Notes under the pieces: model-generated
Seen by the model: only the letters and a program-made list of their open reading frames with translations
Told to the model about the DNA's origin: nothing
The model's database searches: none
Made by a program: the position numbers and the translations under genes
DNA from: the human T2T-CHM13v2.0 reference genome, Homo sapiens
Direction: 5' to 3' (one strand)
Assembly (NCBI RefSeq): GCF_009914755.1
Contig: NC_060934.1
DNA: 64,000 bases
Part shown: piece after piece, positions 39,326 to 54,787 of the stretch
How positions within the stretch are numbered: the stretch's first letter is position 1
How the letters are laid out: each line of letters begins with the position of its first letter

Positions 39326-40055
39326 ACAAAAACCCCTGCACATGGGCCAGAAAGAGGTGAGTGGAGGGGGCAGGGTTTCCGGAAGCTGGGTGTACACACT
39401 CTGCCTCTAGGACGCCTGAGACGGAGACTAGATGCTGTCCCTCAAGCAGAAGGAATTGAGCAACTACTCTCCACCTCATCTGCCCCTCCCAGATGGGTGG
39501 ATCAGCCAATTAATAACACCTCTCAGCGGCCTTAGGACTTATGCAGAGGGGAGGAGCATGAGAGCCAATTTGGAACAGCCTCCAGAGGGGAAGATACTGA
39601 CCAAGCTCTCCCCTGACCCCAGCCTGGACTGGACATCCCACTTCTACTGCCCTAAGGTGGTTCGAGGCCTCTAGCTTCAAGATACAGGGATGATGCCGAG
39701 GCATGGTGGCAAGTTATACCCCTGGTCCTCTGGATGATGACCCTGAAGGCATCAAGGCTGGCCTGAGAGTAGGAGATTTGAAACACTGCTGGAGAGATTT
39801 GGATCAGAGGCCTGGTGTAGCCGATGGTGTCACAGGTGAAAGGTCATCGCATGGCTCAGGCATCCCACCCTGCCCAAAGAGGCAGTCCTTCCCCTAAGCT
39901 AGCCTCTTTCCCAGAGAGAGGGCAGCTCTGCCAGGGGACAAGGTGATGAGGAGGAACTATGGGAGACACAGTCATGGGCCTTACAAAGAGCGAGCTAATG
40001 TGAAGACATTCAGACATCGATTTGAAAATCAGTGAGTTCAAAAATAGTTAGGTTA

Positions 40056-40360
<305 letters not shown>

Positions 40361-42242
40361 ATAGAAATTTAAAAATAACTAGGTTAATAAGTCTCACTGT
40401 TTTCTTGAACCCCCAGGTCTTAATGTGTAAAGATGATTGTAAAAATTGACCTAATTTCCCATTGAACTCATTGTTTTCAAATTCAGTTTTAGTTGTTTTT
40501 TAAACATTGTATTTTATTTTATTTTGAGCCTTGCTTTGGGTTCCTCTTGGCGCTGGGGCAATCCTGTTTGTCCATGAATAGATGAGCAAGGTCATTTACA
40601 AGTCGAACCCTACTGGATAGGTTATTTCAGGGTGGGAGTACTTTTGCCCTCAGTAGAGAAGTGCAGATCAGATTGGGTTCTTCTGTATTCCAGCCTCCTG
40701 TGCATAATGTGGGTGACACTGACGCTGCTCAGGAGTCGTCAACTCCAGGAAGCCCTCCTGAGTCCTCGGGTGGGGTGGCTGGTGCGGGTGGGCTGCCCCT
40801 CCAGCCTGTGCCTCCCTCGCTCACGGTCCTTCCTTGGTGCTTCTTACCATTCTGCATGGCTCTGGCCTCTCAGTAGCCACTGAGCTCCTCCAGGGCACAG
40901 GCTGCATCTTTTTCCTCCACACTAGTGGAGTAGTTGGTGCTCAGTAACTGTTCATTGACCCAATGGCTTATCCCTGGGTGATGGTTCTCTTACCTTCTCC
41001 AGCCCTATTCTTAAGTGATCATTAACACACCAACCGTTTGCTGTGCCTATATCCAGTTTTAACTCTTCATGGTGGTACTTTCCAGATGGGTGGTGAATGT
41101 CCACCTTGCTGTACTCTGGACTCTAGGCATCTGCTCTCGGACATTTGCATGCCTAGAGAGGTGAGGATGCAGACAAAAGAGTAAAGCATGTAACACAATA
41201 GGGAGTGGTGGGGACTGGGGAGAACTGAAAAGCATAGGCCCCATAGAGAAGGGGCAAAACCCATCTACGTGATGGAAGTCAGAATAATGGTTATTCCCGG
41301 GGGCATAATGACTGGGGCACAGGGGTGCTGCTGGCGTGCTGCACATTTCTAATGCTTGATCTGAATGTCTGCAACAGTGGTGAATGATCATTTTTGCAAA
41401 AGAGCCAATTCGGAAAACATTAGAACATTTATAGGCCATGTTTATTTGGATTCAACATGAAAATGGCTTTATTGAATCCCATAGGGCAGAAAATGCATAT
41501 TCTTACCAACCTCATTGACGAGAAAGGTGTCAGCCAGAAAACTGGCATATTTAAAACGTAGCCACATGGAGACAGTTTTCTAGTCTTTCAGTGTGAAAGT
41601 TGATCAGGATCTGTCAATGGTGAGTGGGGTGGGCCGCTGCTGCCGCCCACAGCTCCATATATTTGGGGCCTCAGGGTTTGCGGTCTTGGGGCCCTGTGTC
41701 ACCTCGATAATAAATGTTGGCATAGCTCAATGTATTGGTGAGGGGAATGGGAATATCAGACAGCCCTTCTCAGCCTCAGGGGCTGCAGGCTGTGTTGCTG
41801 AGAGTGACACAGCAGGTTCAGTTTTAGCATTCATATTTTTTACATATTCTAAAACCCCAGGCAAGTGTTGGTTATTATTATGATCATAATGCATTCACTT
41901 CGTGATTTTCATAAGGCAGTTTGCAGGCCGACAGACTTGATATTGAGCACCAGTTCTTCCACTAGAGCTCTGAAGCCTTGGGTCTGGCTTAGTTTTCTCA
42001 TCTGTAAAATGGGAATAATTTTTCAATTGCCCTATAGGCTTGCTATGAGCATTAATGAGAGGACAACTTTACAAGGCATTGTGTAGTACCTGGCGCACAG
42101 TATACATGCAAAATGTAGTAGCTTTTATTGTATCCCTTTGACTTACTTATATGTTAGGCACATTGTATTCTAGTAAAGAGGTGAAAACTCTTCTTATTTT
42201 CAGAGCTTGACAATCTATACATTCATAAATTGAATTCTTCCT

Positions 42243-42244
<2 letters not shown>

Positions 42245-42276
<32 letters not shown>

Positions 42277-42300
42277 ACGCGCGCGCGCGCACATGCGCGT
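42245..42300. repeat. (GT)n-(CG)n alternating purine-pyrimidine tract
   Basis: 56 bp of unbroken RY alternation. Confidence 0.95.
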
Positions 42301-42364
42301 TGGATGGGGGTTGTTGTGGTTTTTCTTTTGTAATTACTTACTGATAACATTTAAAAATCCAGCT

Positions 42365-43307
<943 letters not shown>

Positions 43308-43332
43308 GTTTTCTTTTAAAAATTATTTAATG

Positions 43333-43640
43333 GGCCAGGCACAGTGGCTCATGCCTGTAATCCCAGTACTTTGGGAGGCCGAGGTGGGTGGATCATTTGA
43401 GGTCAGGAGCTAGAGACCAGCCTGACCAACATGGTGAAACCCCGTCTCTACTAAAAACGTAAAACATTTAGCTGGGCATGGTGGCACATGCCTGCAGTCC
43501 CAGTTTTTCGGAAAACTGAGGCAGGAGAATCTCTTCAACCCGGGAGGCAGAGGTTGCCATGAGCCGAGATCGTGCCACTGCACTCCAGCCTGGGCGGCAG
43601 AGCAAGACCCTGTCTCAAAAAAATAAATAAATAAATAAAT
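43333..43640 (+). mobile_element. Alu (AluSx-like)
   Basis: Full Alu with (AAAT)n tail. Confidence 0.95.
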
Positions 43641-44956
43641 TCACGGAAGAATACATACATAAAATAATGTCAACAGATCTTAAGTGGAAGTGGTGAATTT
43701 TCGCATATATATACACCTGTGTAACCGCCTCACTGCCATGGAGATACAGAACATCTCCAGTGCCTTGGCAGGCTCTCTTATGCCCCCTCCCACCCCATGT
43801 TATCCCACTCCAGAAGTAACTACTCTTCTGACTTCACTCTGATTTATGTCGCCCCTGTGAGTTTTGCCTGCAGCTGCCTTTTAAATTTACGTGAGCCTGC
43901 AGCTTGCAGTTCTCCACAGTCCCGACCATTCCCTATTGCCTCACTTTGGACCCCACTTTATTCATTTCCGATACCCCCTTGCTCCTTTAGCCATTTGAGT
44001 TTGTGACCTGTACTCAAGGTCTGGAAGTGTTCTCAGAGACCAGCTAGTCTTACCATTTTACAAGTGGTGAAACTGAGACTTGGAGTCAGAGAGTAAGCTT
44101 GTTCAAGGAACCCAGATGAAGCTGAGCCTGAATGCTGGCCAGTCAAGGGCAGAGCCCTGCTCTTCCCGCTCCAGCACAAGGAGTGTTGAGGAGGGCGGGC
44201 ATGCCTTGTCTTTCAGACCCCAGCAGCCCCGGGCCTGGCCCTGCAATCAGCCACCCAGAGCCTGCCACAGGCCAATCAGCCGAAGAGGGTGGGAGTTTTT
44301 TTCTAGCCTGTGTCTTCCTGGAGATGCATCTTCCTTGAGGCAGGCGGTTAGCGATATCACCTTCCTCTTTAAAGGCCATGCTCCATTTGGAGAGGACCTG
44401 AGATGCCATTTGTGACAAGGGCCATGCACACCACCTTGATTGTGTCTGTTTCTGAAAGAAGGCTGTAATTTGGGAGCCAGCGAAAGCAAGGGAGGGAGGG
44501 AAGTAGAGGAGAGAGCAAGAGAGAGTGGGAGGGCAGAAAGGGAAAACAAAAAGGGCAGCCGCGACTCTGTCTGGGTTTCCATTTGTATCACTAATTCTGT
44601 CCCCGAGGAATGCTGGCTTTCCCTGGCTTCGGGTTAGTGTGGGCTGAGTCCCTCTGAGGGATGCCCTTTAGCTCTGCCCACTTTTCTTCTGTTCTTTGCC
44701 TACACAGACAGGAGATTAGCCATCCTGCCCTGGCTTATAAGGGACTTTATTCTCCTCCAGCACCCCATGTTCCTTCTCCTGCTCCGAACTGCCCCTGGCC
44801 CGGGAGGAGGCTGATCTTGCCCTTCTTTCCTGGAGCCAGGATCACTGATGTCATCTCCAGGGAACCAGTGGCAATGGAACTCTGGGCTAGACCTTTCTCA
44901 GACACTCTATGGGGGCCTAAGGCTTTGTCTTAGAGGGTGAGGCATGGGTAGACTAT

Positions 44957-45278
<322 letters not shown>

Positions 45279-48200
45279 TAGAAAACCAGAACATAACTGG
45301 GTGGTGGGGTGGGGGATCCTTCCAAACCCATCCTGTCTGTGCTTTAAGATCTCACATCTACTGTTGGGGAGGCCATTCCTCAGCCAATACTGAGCATCAC
45401 CTGTGTCCCAACCTCCGTCTAGTTGGTGGGACTTCAAGCTGAGAGTCCACAGCTGCACTGCCCAGTAGAAAAATAATGCAAGCCACATGTGCAGTTTTAA
45501 ATTTTCTAGTGTCCACTTGGAAAAAGTTAAAAAAAGCAGGTAATTTTTTTTTTTTTTTGAGGCAAGGTCTTTCTCTGTCGCCCAGGCTAGAGTGCAGTGG
45601 TGAGATCACAGTTCATTGCAGCCTTGACCTCCTGGGCTCAAGTGATCTTCCCACCTGAGCCTCCCAAGATGTGTCTCCCTATCTCTGTGCTCTTTCTGTG
45701 AGAAGGATAAGTATTAAATTCATCTTTCTGTTGCTTTTTGCTTTTGGGAGTTTTCCAAGCAGGGAGTGACACAGCCTAGAAAGCTAAGGAAGTTGCAGCA
45801 ACGTGGAGTGTTTGAGGCTTTCCTCTGGGGAAGAGGGTCTGGCCTGTCCACAGCAGAGGGGGCTTGGATGCCAGAGTATCATGGGCACTTAGCAGACCTG
45901 GGGCAATCTCTGGGGGCAGAAGCCCTGGGGCCAGGTAAATGCAAACTTTCCATGCTGTCTGCACTTCTCCTGTGATATACCCTGGGCCAAGGGTGTCAGG
46001 GTTCCCCCAGGAGGCATTCAGGTGGCTCCAGGGTCCAGACAACTGGGAAGACACTGTGGCAAACTGCACATACTTACCTCGGCTAATGGGGGCCCCTGCT
46101 ACTGTTTGGTCTATGTTGCTAAGCAGCAGTACAGAACAGCTTTTAGGCTTGCCGGACACTTTGATTTTTCAAAAGAATCTAAACATCGAGATTAAAAAAA
46201 AATCTTTCTATTTGAGATGTTAGCAACGAATTTAATATTTGAAAACACAGCGAGGCCATTCATTCATTTAGGAAATAGTCATTGAACCCTTACTGTGTGT
46301 CAGGTGCTGTTCTAGGCCCTTGGGGCCCATCAGTGGCCCCTACCCTTGTGAAGTGTCTATGGTAGGGAAAACCCTTTGGCAAGCTGCATGTGGCCCATAG
46401 ATGGCCAGTTTATGACCATAGACTTAGTGTCAGAGCTGACAGTAGTAATGAGAAACATTTATTAAGTACTGTGTGCCAGGCCCTGAGCTTAGCACTTCAT
46501 CTAAAATACCTCACTTAGTCCTTACAACAACCCTACGAATTAGGGTCAGCTGTTACTCTTATGTTACAGGTGAGAAATATGAGGCACAGAGAGGTTACGC
46601 AATTTGCCCAAAGTCACATAGCTTGCAGGCGGTGAGGCAGATTTTTGCATGAAGGCAGTCTGATTCCTTGATCATTACTTTGTACTGCACTTACAGAAGG
46701 CCAGAGCCAAACCTTTCACTATACAGATGGAAACTGAACTCAAGAAAGGACAAAAGTCCCACCTGGGATCCACAGAGAGGCAATGACAGAGCTGGGGCTG
46801 GGTTCTGGGACACCCCCTTTCTATCCAGCCCTGCCAGGTGTGTTTATTACAGTCCTGACTTCCCCTATAATTGATCCTGGGCTGAGGTTGAATGTTCAGG
46901 CGCCTCCAGCATTTGGGCAGGGGATGTGAGAGAGTGAGGCTGGCTGGGATTTAAACATCCATGGGAGTGAATGAGGTGGATGGTTTTCTACCCTGAGCAG
47001 GTTACCCCCATCTGGGAAGGCCATGTATGTCAGGGTCTCTGCACTTGCCTGGACCCCAGCCCTTCCCATCTGTAAAGCTAGGGGTTTGCATGCAGTGGTG
47101 TCTATAATTTAACCCCAACCCCACACCTTTCCCCGCCATTGGCCAGGCTGGCTCAGGAGCTCTTGGGTATTTCTGGCCGTGCATCTTAGTCCTAAGCTGA
47201 CCTTAGCCTGGGCTTTCCGGGTCTCGACCCAAGTAACCTTATCAGAGCTTGTAGTTTTATCATGTTGCTGTATGGGTGGTAATCATGAGGCAGTGAAATA
47301 GGTGTGAATAATGAAGAAAAATGCCCCTGGCAAGTGTGTGAAGACTTTAGTGATAGTCCTTTCATTGACCCAAGTGCTTTAATTCTCTGAGCCACAGTTT
47401 TCTCATCTGTAAAATAGGGGAAAAATCCCCTTCTGACCAATCACTTGATTCAGTGAGTAGGGGTCTCTCATGAGAGACATAAAAGTGCTCAGCAAAATGA
47501 GTTGCGATAACCTAAAAATCGTGCTATGCAAATAGTATGTGTCATTGTAATTAATTTTTACTAAGTATTAATGACTTGAATTATGTGGGATTTACGAGAT
47601 ATATACAGTTGGACATTTAAATAACATGACGATCTCGAAACCCCAGGAGCAATGTCTTTGCAATGGCTTGATGTAACTCTTTATGCTCACTCTTAACAAT
47701 TTGACATCCATCTTTTTTGGATTTGTACAAGTCAATTGATATTTATTAAGCACCTACTGTTTGCAGGATACTATGCAGGGCACACTGAGATACAGAAGTA
47801 GACAAAGCATGGCCCTTGTCCCCCATGAGCTCTCACACTTATTCAGAGTGCTGTATTCAGGGCAATCAATTCAGGATGTGTGTGTGTTAGAAGAAGAGAG
47901 AGAGAGAGAGAGAAAGAGAGAGAATTGCATCTCCTTAGGAAATATCAGCATCTCGTGCCTGACCAAGGCCAAGGTTTTCCTTCTCTGATCTTCCTCACTG
48001 CCCCCAAATTCTCCCCCTCACCTGAAGTGCTGGTGACCGCTGGGTCTGAGTTACCATGGGATGGCTACATCCTAGGAGGGGCTGGGACAGGCATGGGGTG
48101 TAGAGAGTGGGGGTGGCCATGGGCTAGGACCTGCCAGGCAGCTGATCTGCCAAGCTGTGTCTGCTGCCTGCCTGAGGGCTGTTGGAAACTGGAGCTCAGG

Positions 48201-51200
48201 CCGGAAGAAGGGAGCCCATGAATAATACAGCGGGAGAGAGGCTGTTAACTAGGTGACCTCGTTGCACCTGTGTGTTTCACAGCTTCCTTGGGAGCCGCTG
48301 TGGAGGGCCTGGGTGTCAGGGGCAAGGGCAGAGGGGAATGGGAAAGGCCAGGTGTAGACATAGTTTATCTGTTTTTCCTTCCTACTTTCCTTTCAACTGC
48401 CTGGCTCAGAAGTCCGTGGTACTAACTTGCTGCCTCTCCTTTCTAGTGTTGATGCAGACGGCCTTGGCCATGTGTGCACGTGTGTGTGTGTGCATGTGCA
48501 TGCATTGGCTGATGTAAGGGTGGGCTTTCTCTTGCACCCTGCCCCTTGGCCTGATCACAAGGTTTGTTTGCTGAACTGGATATCAGGCCTGCCCCTAGTC
48601 TCTGGAACAGACGTGTGATGTCACTTTTAAGTATCTGGCTGCTGTAGACTAAGAAGGCTCCTGGGCAGGACTTTTTGTCTCCTGAGGCTTTGGCCTCTGA
48701 CCAAGGGGCCCTGTTTGATGTAAGGGGCAGGGGATTCCCTGGTGTTCCCTTCTAATGTGTGGGGTCCGTCATGAAGCTCTGGCTAAACTCATCCAGACCT
48801 GACACAAAGGGGCTGGTGAACCCCAGTACCTCTCAGGTAGACAAAGAAAGTCTCTGAGCATAGGTGAGGGCCTCTTCCAAGGGCAATGAGCTTAAACTCA
48901 TTGTTTAAGAGCAAAGGGAACTGAGAGGAAACTGTACCGGGAGGGGTTAAAGGCAAACCCAAGGAAAAACTTGTTATGTGGTATGTTGGGTAAGGGACGG
49001 AGGATGGGGAGGCGCTAGAATTCATTCCCAGAGTAGACTGGCTTTACCTTCCACGTGGCTGTTTCCTGACTGCTGGCCTGGGGGTGGGATGGATGAAATG
49101 ATTTGGGAGTGGAAAGCAGAGGGCACCCGGGCAGTGCTTGGGACAGGAAAAGGTGCCCTTGGTGTCTACTTCCTCCTTTGTTCTGAGTGCTGTCAGCAGG
49201 GGCCTGACCCCTGAGGAGCTCCAAGACCCTCTTCCCTAGGACTAGAAAGGGACTTCTCTCCCCAGACCCATGCTGCAGCCTCAACCTGCTTCCCCAGGCT
49301 TAAGAGCCCAGTCCCATGGGCTGGGGCCTGCCTGCTGCCCTGAAGTCTTAGAACCAGGCTTTCAGGAGGGTACACACCTCATCGCTGTCCACAGACACAC
49401 TGGCCTGCCTGTAAGAAATGGGAAGCATCTCTCCCTTTGTGCCTGGTCTGGGTGGGTGTGGCCAGGGCTCTGAGCAGCAGGCCTTACCTCTGGGCCCAAA
49501 CCCTAAATGAGAGGAAGTGTTTCTGGCTCTGGAGCCAGACCACCCAGGTTCAAATCCTAGCTCTTTCACTTATGAACTGTGTGGGCTTCTGGCAATTTAA
49601 TTAATCATTACTCATCTGTGTCTTGTTTTCTCTTCCGCAAAATGAGAATAATAGTACCCAATTCAAAGGGTTATTGGGAGGATTAAATGAGTTATTGCAC
49701 ATAAAATGCTTAGAAAAAGTGCTTGGCACATAGTAAATGTTCAACAAATGTTGCTATTGTTTATTATTATGCTACTGTTATTCTCAGCTTCTGCATTCTG
49801 GGAGCTCACAGTCTTGCAGGCTGCCTGGGGGTGCCAAGAGTAACTATCATACCTATGAGAAAGGCTGTAGGTTGAGGGGGTGCAGTCCTGGAAGATTTCC
49901 AGGACTGGGAGGTCCCTTGCCCTGAGGCTGCAGCTTTGCTCTATGCCCACCAGCACTGTGCTTCCCATGGCAGGAGGGCAGGAAGAGAGGCAAAGCAGGA
50001 CAGCTGTTAGTAGCACTGATGTTGGTGCTAAGAGACTTCTTAAGGCAACTTTTTAAATGAAGTATAATACATGCAGAAAAGTGTGCAAATGTGTTTATCC
50101 TGAGTTGTTGCAAAAGGGCCATGCTCATGTAACTGCCACCCAGACTAAGAAAAAAGTGATTACCAGAGCCATTACCCGTCATCCTCTGAAGTTAACTCCT
50201 ATCCTGACTTCTAATACAGTAGATTCATTTTGCCTATTTTGAACTTTATATAAGTTGAATAATGCAGTGGGTTCTCTTTGTGATGTTTCCTTCTGCTTAA
50301 CTTGTTTGTGGGAGTCATCCTGTTGCGTATAGTTAATGTGTTTCTCTTCATTGCTGTGTAGTATTCCATGTTGTGAATATACCACAATTCATCCATTCTA
50401 CTGTTGTTGGACTGGCGGGTTGCTTTTATTCTTGGCTATTACAAAAGAGGCTGTTAAGAACATTTGTATGTGTGTCCTTTGGTGTACATATAGGTATATG
50501 CAATTCTATAAGTATTTGACTATCCTTTTACCAACACAAGCTTTAGAGCTTAATTACTATAGCTTTACAGATGTAGTCTTGATATTGCCAGTGTAAATTC
50601 TTCAGTTTTGTTCTTCTTCAAGACTCTTGTTTAATTTTGGCTTTCTGCATTTACATATACATTTTAGAATTGGCTTCTGAAATTCCATAAAAGCCCTGCT
50701 GAGATTTTGATTGAGACTGCATCAAAAATATGTAAGTCAATTTGAGGAAAATTGACATCTTTACAATATTGAGTTTTTCAATCCATGAACAAGATATACT
50801 CCTCTATTTTTCTAAGTTTTAATACATTATATTCAATAATGCTTTTTAGTGTAGCATTCTTATATTTTTAAAACTGGATTTCCTTCTATGTGTTTTATGT
50901 TTTTCGATACTATTGTAAGTAATTCGAAATTTTTTCATTTTGTATTATTAACTTGTCATATAGAAGTATAACTGATTTTTTCATTGATTACACAACCATT
51001 GTTAAATTTACTTATTTATTCTTATAGGTTATTGCATTTTTTGATTTTTAAAAACATATATGATTATGTTTTCTATAAATAATAACAGTTTTATATCTTC
51101 TTTTACAATACTTATATCATTTTTCTTGCTTTATTGCAATGGCAAGGAGTTCTAGCATAATATTGAATGGAAGTGGTAATAATAAGCATACTTACTTCAA

Positions 51201-52014
51201 TTCTGGTATCAAGGAGAAAGCTTTCAATATTTTATCATTAAGTGTGATGTTTGCTGTAGGTTTCTTTTAATAGCTGTCATTTTTCAAATTAGGAAAGTTT
51301 TCTTCTAATTTTTTCAAAATTATAGTAAAATGTACATAACATAAAATTTACCTTTTAAACCCTTTTTCAGTGTGCAGTTCAGTGGCATTAGTATATTCAC
51401 AGTGTTGTGCAACTATCACCACTATGCATTTCTAAAACTTCTGCATCATCTGAAATGGAAATACTGTACCCATTAAACAGTAACTCCCCATTCCTTCTCC
51501 CATCTGCCCATGTAACCTTGATCCTAATTTATTTCTCTATGAATTTGCCTATTCTGGGTATCTGGTATGAGTGGAATCATACAATATTCATCCTTTTATG
51601 TCTGGCTTATTTCACTTAGCATAATGTTTTCAAGATTCATCCATGTTCTAGTAGGTGTATGAATTTAAGGCCTTTTAAAAGCTGAATAATATTCCATGTA
51701 TGAATATACCATATTTTATATCCATTCATCTGTTAATGGACATTTGGATTGTTGCCACCTTCTGGTTCTTATCAATAATGATGCTATGAATGTTGGTCTA
51801 TAAATACCTGTTTGAGTCTCTGCTATCAATTCTTTTGAGTGTATACCTAGGTGTGGAGTTCCTGGATAATATGGTAATTTTATGTTTAATTTTTTGAGGA
51901 ACTGCCGTACTGTTTTCCATTGTAGCTGCACCATTTTATATTCCCACTAGCAATGTACAAGGCTGACAATTTCTCCATTTCCTTACCAACACTTATTATT
52001 TTATTTTATTTTTC

Positions 52015-52200
52015 AGAGATGGTTGTCTTGCTGTGTTGACCAGGCTGGAGTGCAGTGGCTACACTAAACTGTAGTGCACAGTTCTAAACTACACTACACA
52101 GTTGTGCACTACAGTTTAGAACTCCTGAGCTCAAGTGATCTTCACGCCTCAGCTTCCCAAGTAGCTGGGCCTACAGGAGTGTACCACTGCACCCAGCTAA
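52015..52200 (-). mobile_element. FAM/Alu monomer with an internal inverted-repeat insertion
   Basis: caggctggagtgcagtggcta[insert]...gaactcctgagctcaagtgatc. Confidence 0.82.
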
Positions 52201-53569
52201 TTTTTTGTTTTTTGATAATAGTCATCCTAATGGGTGTGAAGTGGTATCTCACTGTGGTTTTGATTTGCATTTCCCTAATGGCTAGTGATGTTGAGCATCT
52301 TTTCATGGGCTTATTTGTATATCTTTTATGGCAAAATATTTTTGAATTGGGTTGTTTGTCTTGTTGCTGTTGACTTGTAGGTGATCTTTATATATTTTGG
52401 ATATTAATCCTTTATCAGATGTGTGATTTACAGATATGTTCACCGTCCTCTGGGTGGCTTTTTTGCTCCATAGATAGTGTGCTTTGATGCAGAAAAATTT
52501 TTAATTTTGATGAAGTACAAATACCTTTTTGCTGTTGTTGTTGCCTGTGCTTTTGGTGTCATATCCAATAAATCATTGCTAAATCCAATATCGTGGTTTC
52601 CCCTGTGTTTTCATCTAAGAAGTTTATAGTTGTGGTTCTTATGTTTAGGTCTTTTATCTGTTTTGAGTTAATTTTTGTATATGGTATAAGATTAGAGTCC
52701 AACTTGATTATTTTGCATGTGGATAGACAGTTTTCTCAGCATCATTTGTTGAAAAAACTGTCCTTTCCCCATTGAATGATCTTAGCACCCTTGTTAAAAA
52801 TCAATTGTTTGTTTATGTGACAGTTTATTTCTAGGCTCTCGGTTCTGTTCCATTTGTCTGTAAGTCTGTCTTTATGTAAGTTCCACCTTTTTGATCACTG
52901 TAGCTGTGTAGTAAGTTTTGAAATAGAAAGTGTGAGTACTCCAACTTTGTTCTTTTGTTTTTTCAAGATCGTTTTGACTATTTGGGGGTACTTTGAGATT
53001 CCACATAAAATCTTAGAATGGGTTTTTCTATTTCTGTGAAAAACACCATTGAGCTTTTGATAAGAATTACATTAAGTCTGTAGATTGCTTTGGGCAGTAG
53101 TGTATCTGAACAATAGTACTATCTTAACAATATTAAATATGGTATCTTAACAATACTAAGTTTTCCAGTTTATGAACATGGGATGTCTTTTCATTTATTT
53201 ATGTCTTCTTTACTTTCTTTTCCTTAAAATTGTTTTTTTTAGAGATGAGGTCTCACTATGTTGCTCAAGCTAGAGGCAAACTCCTGGGCTCAAGTTGATC
53301 CTCTTGCTTCAGCTTCCCAAGCAGCTGAGACTACAGGCATGTGACACCATGCCTAGCTTAGCAATATTTGTTAGTTTTCAATGTACAAGTTGTTTGCTTC
53401 CTGGGTTAAATTTATTTCTAAATATTGTCTTCTTTTTGATGCTATTGTAAATGGAACTGTTTTCCTTATTTCCTTTTCTGATTGTTCATTATTGGTATTT
53501 AGAAATACAACTGATTTTTGTGTGTTGATTTTTTGTACTGCAATTTTGCTGAATTTATTAGCTCCTGGG

Positions 53570-53573
<4 letters not shown>

Positions 53574-53605
<32 letters not shown>
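53574..53605. repeat. (TG)n microsatellite within L1
   Basis: About 16 TG units. Confidence 0.95.
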
Positions 53606-53608
<3 letters not shown>

Positions 53609-54652
53609 TGTTAGAGTTTTTTGCATGTATGATCATGTCTTCTGCAAAGAGAAATAATTTTACTTCTTCCTTTCCAATTTGCACACCTTTTCTTTCTCTT
53701 TCTTGTCTAATTGCTCTGGCTACAACGTCCAATACTATGTTAAATGGAAATGGCAATAGAAGGCATCCTTGTTTTGTTCCTGATCTTAGGAGAAAAGCAT
53801 TCAGTCTTTTGCCATTGTGTATGATACTAGCTGTGGGCTTTTCCATTTATGGCCACTTTTGTTCCTTTTTGTTAAGAGTTTTTTCATAAATGTGCATAGA
53901 ATTTTATCAAATGTATGTTTGTGTCTATTGAAATGATCATATAATTTTCCTTCTTTCTTCTGCTAATGTGGTAAATTACACTGGTTGATTTTCAAAAGTT
54001 AACCAACCTTGCATTCTTGGAATAAATCCAACTTTGTCATGATGTGTTATTCTTCTCATAACCCCTTATCTGTTATTGCAATAGCTACAACAGCTTTTGT
54101 TTGACTGTATTTTGGCATAAATGAATTGCTAATGTTCTGCTTAAGATTTTTTTCATCTGTGTTCATGTGATTTTTTTCTTTCTTGTAAAATCATTGTCAG
54201 ATTATAGTATCGAGTTCTGCTGACCTCATAATACAAATTGGGAACTGTTCCTTCTTTTTCTGTTTGTTTTCTGGAGGAGTGTGGATAAGATTTGTGTTAT
54301 TTTTATCCTTAAAAGTTTAGAACAATTCGATGGAGAAGCCATGTGAGGTTAGATTTCTTAGTAGGAAAGTTATAAAGTACAGTTTCAATTTCTGTAATAA
54401 ATATAGGACCATTTATATTCTTATGTTTTTGTGTGTCAGTGTTAGTACATTGCATTTTTTAGAATTTTATCCATTTTATGCGTAATTCCAAAAGAATTGA
54501 CATAAAGTTATTTGTAAAATCTCCTTAATTGTCCTCATGCATTTTTATACTCTCTATAGAATCTACAGTGATATCTTTTCATGGATGAAATTGGTAACTT
54601 GTATCTTCTCTTTCATTTTTATTTCTTTATTATTATTGTTATTATTTTTTAG

Positions 54653-54787
<135 letters not shown>

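Larger units (their letters stand above)
51311..53855 (-). mobile_element. Nested L1 (L1MB-like), 3'UTR to RT domain, inactive
   Basis: ORF 53499..53846 reads [10 protein letters not shown]...GTKQGC...[15 protein letters not shown]...[12 protein letters not shown] (ORF2 RT, FADD>FAED); ORF 51716..51934 is the ORF2 C-terminus. Confidence 0.9.

Noticed and set aside
53499-53846. Reverse-transcriptase ORF as an active or domesticated RT
   Set aside because: Short L1 ORF2 relic with the catalytic FADD changed to FAED, interrupted by a (CA)n repeat and stops.
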